Below are positions 16,283 to 25,027 of a stretch of DNA of 32,000 nt, piece by piece. Within the stretch, counting starts at the first letter, position 1. Each line of letters starts with the position of its first letter. The stretch covers positions 720,001 through 752,000 of the forward strand of contig NC_010296.1 of NCBI RefSeq assembly GCF_000010625.1, written 5' to 3'. Source of the stretch: Microcystis aeruginosa NIES-843. GTDB lineage: Bacteria; Cyanobacteriota; Cyanobacteriia; Cyanobacteriales; Microcystaceae. A program made the position numbers and the translations under genes. The notes beneath the pieces are model-generated. The model worked only from the letters and a program-made list of their open reading frames with translations. It was not told the DNA's origin and did no database searches.

Positions 16283-16292
16283 AAAAACATCT

Positions 16293-18647
16293 ATGCTTAA
16301 TCTCGTCTCCCTTCCAGAAATTCCCGCCGCCGCTTGGAAACGTCCTCTGGGCAAAGGTTGGGAAAAACCCTACAGCGTCCGCTATGCCAGCAATTTAGAT
16401 GATGGTCCTTGGCATGGGATGCCTCTGGGGGGATTTGGGGCCGGTTGCATCGGACGTTCCCCCAAAGGTGACTTTAACCTCTGGCATCTGGACGGCGGTG
16501 AACACAGCTTTAATAGCCTTGCAGCCTGTCAATTTAGCATTTTTGAACAAACAGAAGACGGAAGCGCCCAAGCCTACGCTATGGCGACGGAAAGCCCGAC
16601 GGATGGAACATTATCGCGCTGGTCGTGGTATCCAGCCGAAAAGGGGACATATTCTGCGCTTTATCCCCGCAGTTGGTACGAGTATAAAGATGTTTTTCAG
16701 ACTCAATTAATTTGCGAACAATTCTCACCAGTTTGGGCGCATAATTATCAAGAAAGTAGTTATCCTATTGCCCTATTTGAATGGACGGCCCATAATCCCA
16801 CCGATAAACCGATTACTATTAGTATTATGCTGACTTGGCAAAATACAATCGGTTGGTTTACTAACGGGATTAAATCCCCAGTGGTTAAGGTGAGAGATGA
16901 TGGTAGTCCCGTTTATGAATATCAATCAAAATGGGGAGAAAGTGAGGGTAATTATAATCAATGGATTGTCGATAATTTCCGCGTTGGCTGTCTAATGCGT
17001 CGAGATTACGAAAACCCCGGGGAAGGGGATGGACAGATGGCGATTGCCACTATCACTAATCCGAGTCTAGAGGTATTCTATCTGGGTAAATGGAACCCTG
17101 CTGGCGATGGGGGCGAAGTTTGGGATTATTTCGCCATGAATGGCTCTTTACCGGATATTGAGGACGAAACCCCCGCCCAAAAAGGGGAACAAACGGCCAC
17201 GGCCATGGCGATTCGTTTTACCATTCGTCCGGGGAAAACTCGCAAAATTCCCTTTATTTTAGCTTGGGATTTACCCGTTAACGAATTTGCCCAAGGAATT
17301 AACTATTATCGTCGTTATACGGACTTTTTCGGTCGCAATGGTCAAAATGCTTGGGCGATGGTACGCACGGCTTTAAAACACGGCGATACATGGCGAGAAA
17401 ATATTATTAACTGGCAAAAACCGATCCTAGAACGCAGCGATCTGGCCGATTGGTTTAAAATGGCTTTATTTAACGAATTATACCTGTTAACGGACGGCGG
17501 CACTCTCTGGACGGCCGCCACGGAACGGGATCCGATTGGTCAATTCGGAGTGTTAGAATGTATTGATTATCGTTGGTATGAAAGTCTTGATGTGCGTCTC
17601 TATGGTTCCTTTGGGTTATTGATGTTATGGCCGCGCTTAGAAAAGGCCGTCATGGAAGCTTTTGCTAGGGCAATTCCCAGCAGTGACGACACTCCTCGGA
17701 TTATTGGATATAACCAAGCTAGTGCCATTCGTAAGACCAAAAATGCCACTCCCCACGATTTAGGCGCACCCAATGAACACCCTTGGCAAAAGAGCAATTA
17801 CACCAGTTATCAAGATTGTAATCTCTGGAAAGATTTAGGCAGTGATTTTGTTTTATTAGTCTATCGGGATTATTTATTAACGGGGGCTAAAGATGAGGAT
17901 TTTCTGCGGGAATGTTGGCCGTCAATTGTCCTGACTTTGCAATATTTAAAAACTTTTGACCTTGATAAGGATGGGATTCCCGAAAATTCCGGCGCACCAG
18001 ACCAAACCTTTGATGATTGGCGTTTACAGGGAATTAGTGCCTATTGTGGTGGTTTGTGGATAGCGGCACTAGAAGCGACGCTTAAAATTGGGGCAATTCT
18101 TGGGGAAGATACAGAAATTTTTGCCAGTTGGTTACAGCAATCTCGCGCTATTTATCATCAGACTCTCTGGAATGGAGAATATTATAATTTAGATAGTGGC
18201 AGTGGTTCCGATGTGGTGATGACTGATCAATTATGTGGTCAATTTTATTCCCGTTTATTGGCTTTACCAGATGTGGTAGAAAATCAATACACGCAATCAG
18301 CTTTAAGTAAGATTTATCAGGCTTGTTTTCTCAAGTTTCATGGGGGAAAATTTGGGGCGGCAAATGGGTTAAAACCCGATGGTACTCCCGAAAATCCCCA
18401 GGCAACTCATCCCTTGGAAGTTTGGGTAGGAATTAATTTTGGGTTGGTGGCTTTTTTGATGCAAATGGGAATGGAAAAGCAAGGATGGCAAATTACAGAA
18501 GCGGTGGTGAAACAAGTCTATGAAAATGGCTTACAATTTCGCACTCCAGAAGCGATTACATCGGTGGGAACTTTCCGCGCCTGTCATTATTTACGCGCCA
18601 TGGCTATCTGGGCTATCTATGGGGTTTTGACGGAATTTCAGGGATAA
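16293..18647 (+). CDS. GH116-family beta-glucosidase (GBA2-type non-lysosomal glucosylceramidase homologue)
   Basis: The 784-aa protein has N-terminal GGFGAGCIGRSPKGDFNLWHL and a C-terminal (alpha/alpha)6-type region (DQTFDDW...GISAYCGGLW), both typical of GBA2/DUF608 proteins. The start is set at ATG 16293. The track start at 16125 reads through the repeat. Confidence 0.85.
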   Translation: MLNLVSLPEIPAAAWKRPLGKGWEKPYSVRYASNLDDGPWHGMPLGGFGAGCIGRSPKGDFNLWHLDGGEHSFNSLAACQFSIFEQTEDGSAQAYAMATESPTDGTLSRWSWYPAEKGTYSALYPRSWYEYKDVFQTQLICEQFSPVWAHNYQESSYPIALFEWTAHNPTDKPITISIMLTWQNTIGWFTNGIKSPVVKVRDDGSPVYEYQSKWGESEGNYNQWIVDNFRVGCLMRRDYENPGEGDGQMAIATITNPSLEVFYLGKWNPAGDGGEVWDYFAMNGSLPDIEDETPAQKGEQTATAMAIRFTIRPGKTRKIPFILAWDLPVNEFAQGINYYRRYTDFFGRNGQNAWAMVRTALKHGDTWRENIINWQKPILERSDLADWFKMALFNELYLLTDGGTLWTAATERDPIGQFGVLECIDYRWYESLDVRLYGSFGLLMLWPRLEKAVMEAFARAIPSSDDTPRIIGYNQASAIRKTKNATPHDLGAPNEHPWQKSNYTSYQDCNLWKDLGSDFVLLVYRDYLLTGAKDEDFLRECWPSIVLTLQYLKTFDLDKDGIPENSGAPDQTFDDWRLQGISAYCGGLWIAALEATLKIGAILGEDTEIFASWLQQSRAIYHQTLWNGEYYNLDSGSGSDVVMTDQLCGQFYSRLLALPDVVENQYTQSALSKIYQACFLKFHGGKFGAANGLKPDGTPENPQATHPLEVWVGINFGLVAFLMQMGMEKQGWQITEAVVKQVYENGLQFRTPEAITSVGTFRACHYLRAMAIWAIYGVLTEFQG

Positions 18648-18710
18648 ATTTTCGCTGATCTGGAGCGATCCGGTTCTCGTCAATGGCTAAATTGTTATGG
18701 CATAATGTTG

Positions 18711-18911
18711 TAAGTAGGGTTTGCTGAAAAAGTTTTTCCTGGGGGCAGGGTGTGGGGTGTAGGGTGTAGGTTTTTACCTTACCTAATTTTCAGGGAAAAA
18801 GTGCCTAAATTTCCCCCCCGATCACTCCAAGAGCTGCCACTTTTTGATTTCAAAAAAGCCTAAAGATATTATCCAACAAGGTTTTTAGATTTATTCAGCC
18901 AACCCTACCTA
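18711..18911 (+). mobile_element. MITE family 2 (G-rich), copy 1, 201 bp
   Basis: The terminal inverted repeats are TAAGTAGGGTTTGCTGAA and TTCAGCCAACCCTACCTA. The interior has a GGGTGTG array and the block cctaattttcagggaaaaagt...ccaacaaggtttttagatttattcag, shared with 23301-23547. Confidence 0.8.
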
Positions 18912-19205
18912 TCAATCGTTTCCCTTTTTGGCTCTTCTGGTTTCTGTGTGGAAACGAGGTCTATACTGATAATTTCTTCCGCAAAATAGTCCTAAAAGTT
19001 TTGCCCAATAAGCACTTCAGGATTCAGGATTGGGAGCATCTCACTTACGCGATAAGTAATTATACTTAGCCTAAAAGCCACTCTTAATCGTGTCTTGGAA
19101 CGAAATAGAGGCTTTTAAAGACTGCGTACATGGAGAATTAAAACAAGAATTACCCTCGAAAAGCCTATTTTTCCACTAAGTATTTATGCTCATTGCAAAG
19201 GTGAG

Positions 19206-20771
19206 ATGCTCCCTTCAGGATTCCATAAGCAAAAATTATCACACAAAGTCGAGAAGAGCCAAAACTTTCTACCCATGAACCTTGATATTGGCAAAAATTC
19301 ATGTTATCATTTCCCCGTATCTCTAATTTGTCTTAAAATTTCTATGCAAGGCATTACCACCAAAATACTAGATGTAGCAAACTATAATTTGTCTAAATAT
19401 TTATCAAAAAGCCAAGCTCTATTTGTTCCTAGAAGGATAAGAGACTCAGTATCGAGTCAATGGGAAAATAATTACAAGTCTTTAAAAATTAGTGCTATAG
19501 AGAAACAATATCCACAGAAATACCAGACCAATTTTTTAAATTATCACCCCGATACATTGGAAGTTATTAAAGAAGACTATTATAGTATAAACTACAGTGA
19601 CAAACTACCTCTAGAGAAGACTATCACCGTCAAAGATGTCCTTTATGTTCCTAGGTATAAAGCTTTCTATGATTGGTTCTTCGTTACTTGGTATGGTTCG
19701 ATAGGGGGTCATAAATCGACTAAATCCTTATCTGGTAAGAGACTTAATTGATTAGTTCGCTCTAGATCAAAAATAATTGACAAAAATCGCTAAATGCCTT
19801 TCTATATAAGGGTTCCATCCCTTATAACCCCCGTCCATTGCATAACAATTACCGAAGAGCCCTATGATTTAAGAGATGGGTCAAGAATTAACACATTTAA
19901 AATGCCAGGCATTCCAAAATCCGAGCAAGATTCTCAGGAATTTAAATCTTTATACCATCAATCTATTGATCCTACTAAAATTAAAAGGATTGATCAGAAA
20001 TTTATGTATGGAGAGAATATCTCACTACACTATGGACATTTTCTTTGTGAATCAATTTGTCGTCTTTGGTACTTAGAACAAGCTGAAAAATTAGGGATTT
20101 TGGTCATCGGACAACCTCGTAAAGCTAAGTCTATCAGTGACTTAAAAGTCTCTAGAAATTTCGTTGACGAATTTATGACTGCTCTTGACTTAGACTCCGA
20201 GCAATTCTTAGAGTTGACTAGACCTGTGATACTAGGAGAGGTGGTTTTTCCTTATCCTTCTCTGAGCTTTTATAGAAGAGAGGTTTTTGCCTGTCACAAA
20301 CTTGTTCCCGAGTTAGTAGCCCAAAAGCTCTTACCCGATAAAGTCACGCAAACTGAGCAACCGCTTTACATTTCTCGAACTAAACTAAAAAAAGCCAACC
20401 GACAAATTCTAGGGGAAGAGCAACTAGAAAATATATTAAGAGAACGTGGCTTTGCTATTATTTATTCAGAAAATTTGACTCTACAAGAACAGATATATTT
20501 AGTAAATAAGCATAAATATATTGTCGGTACTTGGGGATCGTCACTACATACAATTATCTTCAGCCTGTCTGACTCTAAAAACATTTTTTGTCTCAGCGAC
20601 AAAGATGGTTTATTTATTGCATTTCCTCAGTTTGATGCTCTAAAATCAGTTAATTCAACCTATATTGCTGCTATTAAATCAGAAAAAGAAGATGATAACT
20701 ACATCACGGGTCAGAAAATCCTAGATGTAGATGCAGCATTATCGGGTTTAAAAGAGTCTAATTTACTTTAA
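19206..20771 (+). pseudogene. GT61/DUF563-type glycosyltransferase gene disrupted by a MITE (ORFs 19206-19751 and 19794-20771)
   Basis: Removing 19675-19869 (MITE plus one TSD copy, 195 bp) joins ...KAFYD to LRDGSRINTF... in frame, giving one 456-aa ORF. The downstream part carries the YGHFLCESICRLW motif characteristic of DUF563/GT61. Confidence 0.75.
19675..19861 (+). mobile_element. ISL3-derived MITE, 187 bp
   Basis: The left end GGTTCTTCGTTACTTGGTATGG matches 16 of 22 nt of the ISL3 left IR at 6029. The right end GCATAACAATTACCGAAGAGCC (19840-19861) matches 21 of 22 nt of the ISL3 right IR. A perfect 8-bp TSD CTATGATT lies at 19667-19674 and 19862-19869. Confidence 0.9.
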
Positions 20772-21133
20772 AATAAACCGCTTTAACTTCTATTTTCCTG
20801 ACTGACGAAATTGCTAAACAAGCACTAAGATTATTAATTCCGCAATTTATCGCCCTGATTATTATTGATTTGATGGTGGCAAAAGTTATTTAATTAACAT
20901 CACTTTTATCTAAGTTCCCCGTTCCCTTAATCTTACTTTCAGATCGCCAATCAGCAACGAATCGGGAGAGTTTGCTGATAGCCAAGGGCCAAGAGATGAC
21001 AGAGTTGGTGATATAGTAACTAAAGATCACACTTAAATCTAACCTTGCCATAGATGCACAAATCTCGAATCTGGCAACCTCAAAAATCTCCCGTCTCTAA
21101 CATCAGTTTTAGCGATGAAATGAGGTAAGAATT

Positions 21134-22726
21134 TTGACCAAAATACTTAGCGATCGCATGGCCGTTTATCTGCTCATCGGTGGACTCCTGTTTAGAATAA
21201 TCATCGCCTTGGGGCTTTATCCCGGTTACGATGAAGCCTATTATTACGTTTACAGCCATAATCTAGATTGGAGTTATTTCGATCATCCGCCAATAGTAGC
21301 GATTTCCACGGGTTTTGGGACTTGGATCACGGGATTAGTCAATCAATTTACCATTCGCTTCGGTACTCTCCTCCTCTATACTGGCAGCCTCTGTTTGCTA
21401 TATCTGACGGCTTTAAAATTGTTCAGTCTGCCGGTCGCCAGAATGACTTTAGCGATCGCCACTCTGATCCCCATCTATGGGATCGTCTTCGGGATTCTTT
21501 CGCAGCCAGATAGTCCTTTAATCTTTTTTTGGTCATTAACAGTCTATTTAGCTGCCCAAGAATTCTGGCCAATTCGGGAAACAAATTATCATCCTAGCTA
21601 TCGTCTCGCTTATATTGGACTTGCCGTAGGATTGGCGGTTTTAAGTAAATATCACGGCTTTATTTTGGGCTTTGGTTTAGTTTTATTTTGCCTGACCACT
21701 CCCCGCTATTGGCCTGTATTTAGATCCCCTTGGTTGGGATTAGGATTTATTCTCTTTTTGATAACCTTATTGCCAATTATCTACTGGAATATTAACCATG
21801 ATTGGATTTCCTTTCGCTTTCATTTAGAAGACCGTTTTTCTGGAGAACCGAAAACCTTTAATATTCTTGGTATTCTCTCGGTTATTGGCATTAGTATCGC
21901 CACGATGTTTCCTCCTTTCGGTCTGCCGATGTGGTGGGTGACATTTAAAAGCTTTGCCGAACAAATTCCTAACTTTATCTCGAAAAAAAGATTTTTTCAT
22001 CGAGAAGAAGAATCCCTAAAAAAATGGTTAATTCTCTCGGTTTCTCTGCCTTTAATCCTGGGAATGCTTTATGTGGGAGCTTCCCATTATCTCGCCCCTA
22101 GTTGGATTTTACCCGGGTTCTGGTCTTGCACAATTTTATTAGGAGAAAAGGCCAATACTTGGCAGCAATCTTCTCGAATCTGGGTAAAAAGATGGTTATG
22201 GGGGTCAGGAATTTTTATCGTTACTGTTTTATCTATAGCAATGCTTCACGTTACTTTTGGCACTTTCCAAAAACCTAGTCAATACGCAATTTTTGGGGGA
22301 ATTATTGCCCCAGAACAAGACCCTTCTCGGGAAATTGTCGATATCGATCAACTGCGCCAAGGCTTTGCTAATTCTCCCGAATTATTAGCACTCTTAAAAG
22401 ATTCTAGCTTCGTTTTTACCCATAGTTTTTATGTGACCGCATGGCTAGATATGGCTCTCTATCCCCTAGTTCCTATTCCCGTCACCTGTTTTAACAACGA
22501 TCAAAGGGGTTATCAAATTTGGTTTAATCCTCAAGAATGGATCGGTAAAAATGGTTTATTAATTACTACAAATAGTTCTCTAGAAAGACCAGAAATAATC
22601 GATCGCTACCGTCCCTATTTCCAAGATATAACTAAAGTAGCTGTCATTCCGATCAAGCGCGGTGGTGTCGCCATCGAACAATTTCATGTTTACCAAGCTA
22701 AAGGACTAATTAAAACTTATCCTTAA
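21134..22726 (+). CDS. GT39/ArnT-like membrane glycosyltransferase (PMT_2 family)
   Basis: The N-terminal GYDEAYYYVYS..LDWSYFDHPP signature is followed by 10 or more predicted transmembrane segments. The start is TTG 21134 or ATG 21158. Confidence 0.8.
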   Translation: MTKILSDRMAVYLLIGGLLFRIIIALGLYPGYDEAYYYVYSHNLDWSYFDHPPIVAISTGFGTWITGLVNQFTIRFGTLLLYTGSLCLLYLTALKLFSLPVARMTLAIATLIPIYGIVFGILSQPDSPLIFFWSLTVYLAAQEFWPIRETNYHPSYRLAYIGLAVGLAVLSKYHGFILGFGLVLFCLTTPRYWPVFRSPWLGLGFILFLITLLPIIYWNINHDWISFRFHLEDRFSGEPKTFNILGILSVIGISIATMFPPFGLPMWWVTFKSFAEQIPNFISKKRFFHREEESLKKWLILSVSLPLILGMLYVGASHYLAPSWILPGFWSCTILLGEKANTWQQSSRIWVKRWLWGSGIFIVTVLSIAMLHVTFGTFQKPSQYAIFGGIIAPEQDPSREIVDIDQLRQGFANSPELLALLKDSSFVFTHSFYVTAWLDMALYPLVPIPVTCFNNDQRGYQIWFNPQEWIGKNGLLITTNSSLERPEIIDRYRPYFQDITKVAVIPIKRGGVAIEQFHVYQAKGLIKTYP

Positions 22727-22826
22727 AGCAGTTATAGCGGATAGGGGATAGATTAATTAGTTCATAAATACTCATAATTTCTATCTCCTGAATTTTGTAA
22801 CCTTTTTTACTTTTTACTTGATAAAT

Positions 22827-23291
22827 ATGTCCATTCATCGAGTGCGTATTGCTAGAGATAAAGGGGAATTTGTCCAGTCCTTAGTTAATTTTAATCAGGG
22901 AATTGGACCCTTTCAAACCTATGCTGATGTCATCGCTTTTGCGGCGGCTTTAGGGGTAAAATATCAAGAGAGAGTGGCGATAGAAAATGTAGCGAAGGAA
23001 CCCTCACCTATTAACCTCGAAATTTTTATTTCTCGTGGCTACGATACCCTAATCAAATTATTGGCAGTCAATGAATTCCAAGACACGAAAATTCTTTCTC
23101 TCCATGGGGTGGATTCGGAAGCTTTGCGACTGACAATTTTCGAGGAATATGCCAACGCTGGTTTAGCAAGATTAGAACGAGAATTGCGCGGTGCGGTGGA
23201 TTATACTGAAAGATTATTGTTAATTATCAGTCAAGAACGTTTTCGAGAAATTACTGCCACAACCGAATTCGATTTAGGCAGATTTTTGTAG
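22827..23291 (+). CDS. Hypothetical protein, 154 aa; possibly related to small dnd-associated (DGQHR-partner) proteins
   Basis: The ORF is clean, with ATG at 22827. From memory, the pattern RVRIARDKGEFV...GPFQTYADVIAFAAALG...IFEEYANAGL resembles cyanobacterial proteins annotated as DNA phosphorothioation-associated protein 4. I cannot verify this here. Confidence 0.35.
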   Translation: MSIHRVRIARDKGEFVQSLVNFNQGIGPFQTYADVIAFAAALGVKYQERVAIENVAKEPSPINLEIFISRGYDTLIKLLAVNEFQDTKILSLHGVDSEALRLTIFEEYANAGLARLERELRGAVDYTERLLLIISQERFREITATTEFDLGRFL

Positions 23292-23300
23292 TAGAAATTC

Positions 23301-23547
23301 TAGTTAGGGTTTGCGGCAAAAAGTTTTCCGTGGGGGTAGGGTGTGGGGTGTGGGGTGTGGGGTGTGGGGTGTGGGGTGTGGGGTGTGGGGTTTTATCGAT
23401 TTTCAGGTGGTCAACTACCTAATTTTCAGGGAAAAAGTCCAGGAATTTTCCCCCCGATCCGCGCAATGGCTGGCACTTTTTGAGGGGAAAAAAGTCTAAA
23501 AGTCTTATCCAACAAGGTTTTTAGATTTATTCAGCAGACCCTACTTA
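23301..23547 (+). mobile_element. MITE family 2 (G-rich), copy 2, 247 bp
   Basis: The termini are TAGTTAGGGTTTGCGGCAA and TTCAGCAGACCCTACTTA. The element contains about seven to eight GGGGTGT units (23332-23390). It ends exactly at the stop codon of the convergent Rieske gene. Confidence 0.8.
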
Positions 23548-24888
23548 TTACTGTAGTTTGGTATGGGCTTTTTTCTCATAGGTGCGTTCAAATTTTCTGC
23601 GGGTGTAATTGGCAGCGATCGCTATTGCTAAAGCCAAAATTGCGAAAATAAGGGCATTAATTTGATAGATAGACTGATTTGGGGATAAAATTGCCAGTAA
23701 AGCTAATAATATCCCCATTAAAATCGCAATTTGTCTAGTTTTTACCATGTTTTCATGGGCATCGCTACAGGTGCGACAGTGGACAGTGTGACGAGAATAG
23801 CGATCGAGGGGTAAAGGATCGGATAAATCGATCGCCGTTGTCCGCTGGCTGGTGTAGCCTTGATAGTAGGGGAAAGAGTCCCCATAGCGATCGAACCATT
23901 GACGTAACTCAATCACCAAGGCATCGGAACTTTTTAAGGGTAAGTATAATTTTTGTAAACTATCTCTTGACTTTTCCACCATTTGCTGCTGACTTTGAAT
24001 TAAAGGTAGATCATCTTCGAGGATGCGACTTTGACGCAGATGTTCCAACCAGCGCCAACGGTATTGACGGGAGTTAACGGCAAAATTTTGGTAACGTCGC
24101 ATCAGTAAGCGAGAACGACCTTGACCCAGAGAAATCCCGTATAAAGCCAATCCAGCACACCAATGGGGATTAGGCAGAGAAAAACGATAATGAACGAGAT
24201 TAGGGGCTATAAAATCCAGATATTTCCAGCTTTCCTGCGGATTGCGGCTATTGCGCCACTGACTGCGAATTCCCCGCGCCGAGACTTCGAGAATTTGGAA
24301 GGCTAACGGTTGAGCATTTTCCCGTTTTGCCCCGAATTCGCTGCGATCATGGCTAATATTAACATGGGCGGGATCGAGGAGATTTTCGAGTAAATAGCCC
24401 TGTTCGTAGGGAAAATCGATGACATAATCGGTATGGACACAATTGGGGTCTTCTAGGTCTTTGATGATAGGAATATCGCTTTCTTTCGCTGTTTCCTCTT
24501 CTCCTAACCAGACCCAGAGGACTCCCTGACGTTCCATCACCCCATAGGATTTAACCTTGGCATTGCGGGGAATCGGGGTATTGACTGGCAGTTGGGGAAT
24601 ATGGGAACATTTTCCATCCGTCTCGAACTGCCAACCATGGTACAAACATTCTAAACGACCAGCGATCATCTGTCCTGTGGAGAGTTTCGCCAAGCGGTGG
24701 GGACAGCGATCAAGCAAACAGCCCCATTTTCCCTGCTGATCGCGAAATATTAGCAATGGTTGCCCATAAAGAGAGAAAGAGTAGGGATTTTTTTGCCAAT
24801 CCTGCACGAATAACACAGGATACCAACAATTTTGGTAGTGAAAACAGTCATCCCTAGGCAGGGGTTGAGATTGATCAGTGCTTGTCAT
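23548..24888 (-). CDS. Rieske [2Fe-2S] oxygenase, PAO/Tic55-like family
   Basis: The Rieske motifs CPHR...CLYHGW are present, with a mononuclear-iron region and a C-terminal pair of transmembrane helices as in pheophorbide a oxygenase-type proteins. Confidence 0.8.
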   Translation of the reverse strand: MTSTDQSQPLPRDDCFHYQNCWYPVLFVQDWQKNPYSFSLYGQPLLIFRDQQGKWGCLLDRCPHRLAKLSTGQMIAGRLECLYHGWQFETDGKCSHIPQLPVNTPIPRNAKVKSYGVMERQGVLWVWLGEEETAKESDIPIIKDLEDPNCVHTDYVIDFPYEQGYLLENLLDPAHVNISHDRSEFGAKRENAQPLAFQILEVSARGIRSQWRNSRNPQESWKYLDFIAPNLVHYRFSLPNPHWCAGLALYGISLGQGRSRLLMRRYQNFAVNSRQYRWRWLEHLRQSRILEDDLPLIQSQQQMVEKSRDSLQKLYLPLKSSDALVIELRQWFDRYGDSFPYYQGYTSQRTTAIDLSDPLPLDRYSRHTVHCRTCSDAHENMVKTRQIAILMGILLALLAILSPNQSIYQINALIFAILALAIAIAANYTRRKFERTYEKKAHTKLQ

Positions 24889-25027
24889 GGGGATGAGAGA
24901 GAAAAAATATTGATCTTGATCATAATATCGGTGCGGCCAATTGATCTCTGTTTTTCTACTAAGTAGCTGGTTATAATTAAATTAAAAATGGATTTTAGGT
25001 TCGATCCCCCCTGCCCCCCTTGATAAG

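Noticed and set aside
18930-18937. GGCTCTTC as the left end of a larger (~930 bp) ISL3-type element ending at 19861
   Set aside because: Only 8 nt match the IR, and the flanks (CCCTTTTT versus CTATGATT) give no TSD. The much better IR and TSD pair at 19675 explains the right end.
20790-20893. Short open stretch (…LTDEIAKQALRLLIPQFIALIIIDLMVAKVI*) downstream of the glycosyltransferase, possibly a gene remnant
   Set aside because: It has no start codon and fewer than 45 codons, and I recognise no family. It cannot be supported without a database search.
23311-23499. 62-aa plus-strand ORF from the track
   Set aside because: It translates the GGGGTGT array inside MITE family 2 (…WGVGCGVWGVGCGVWG…), so it is a repeat artefact.
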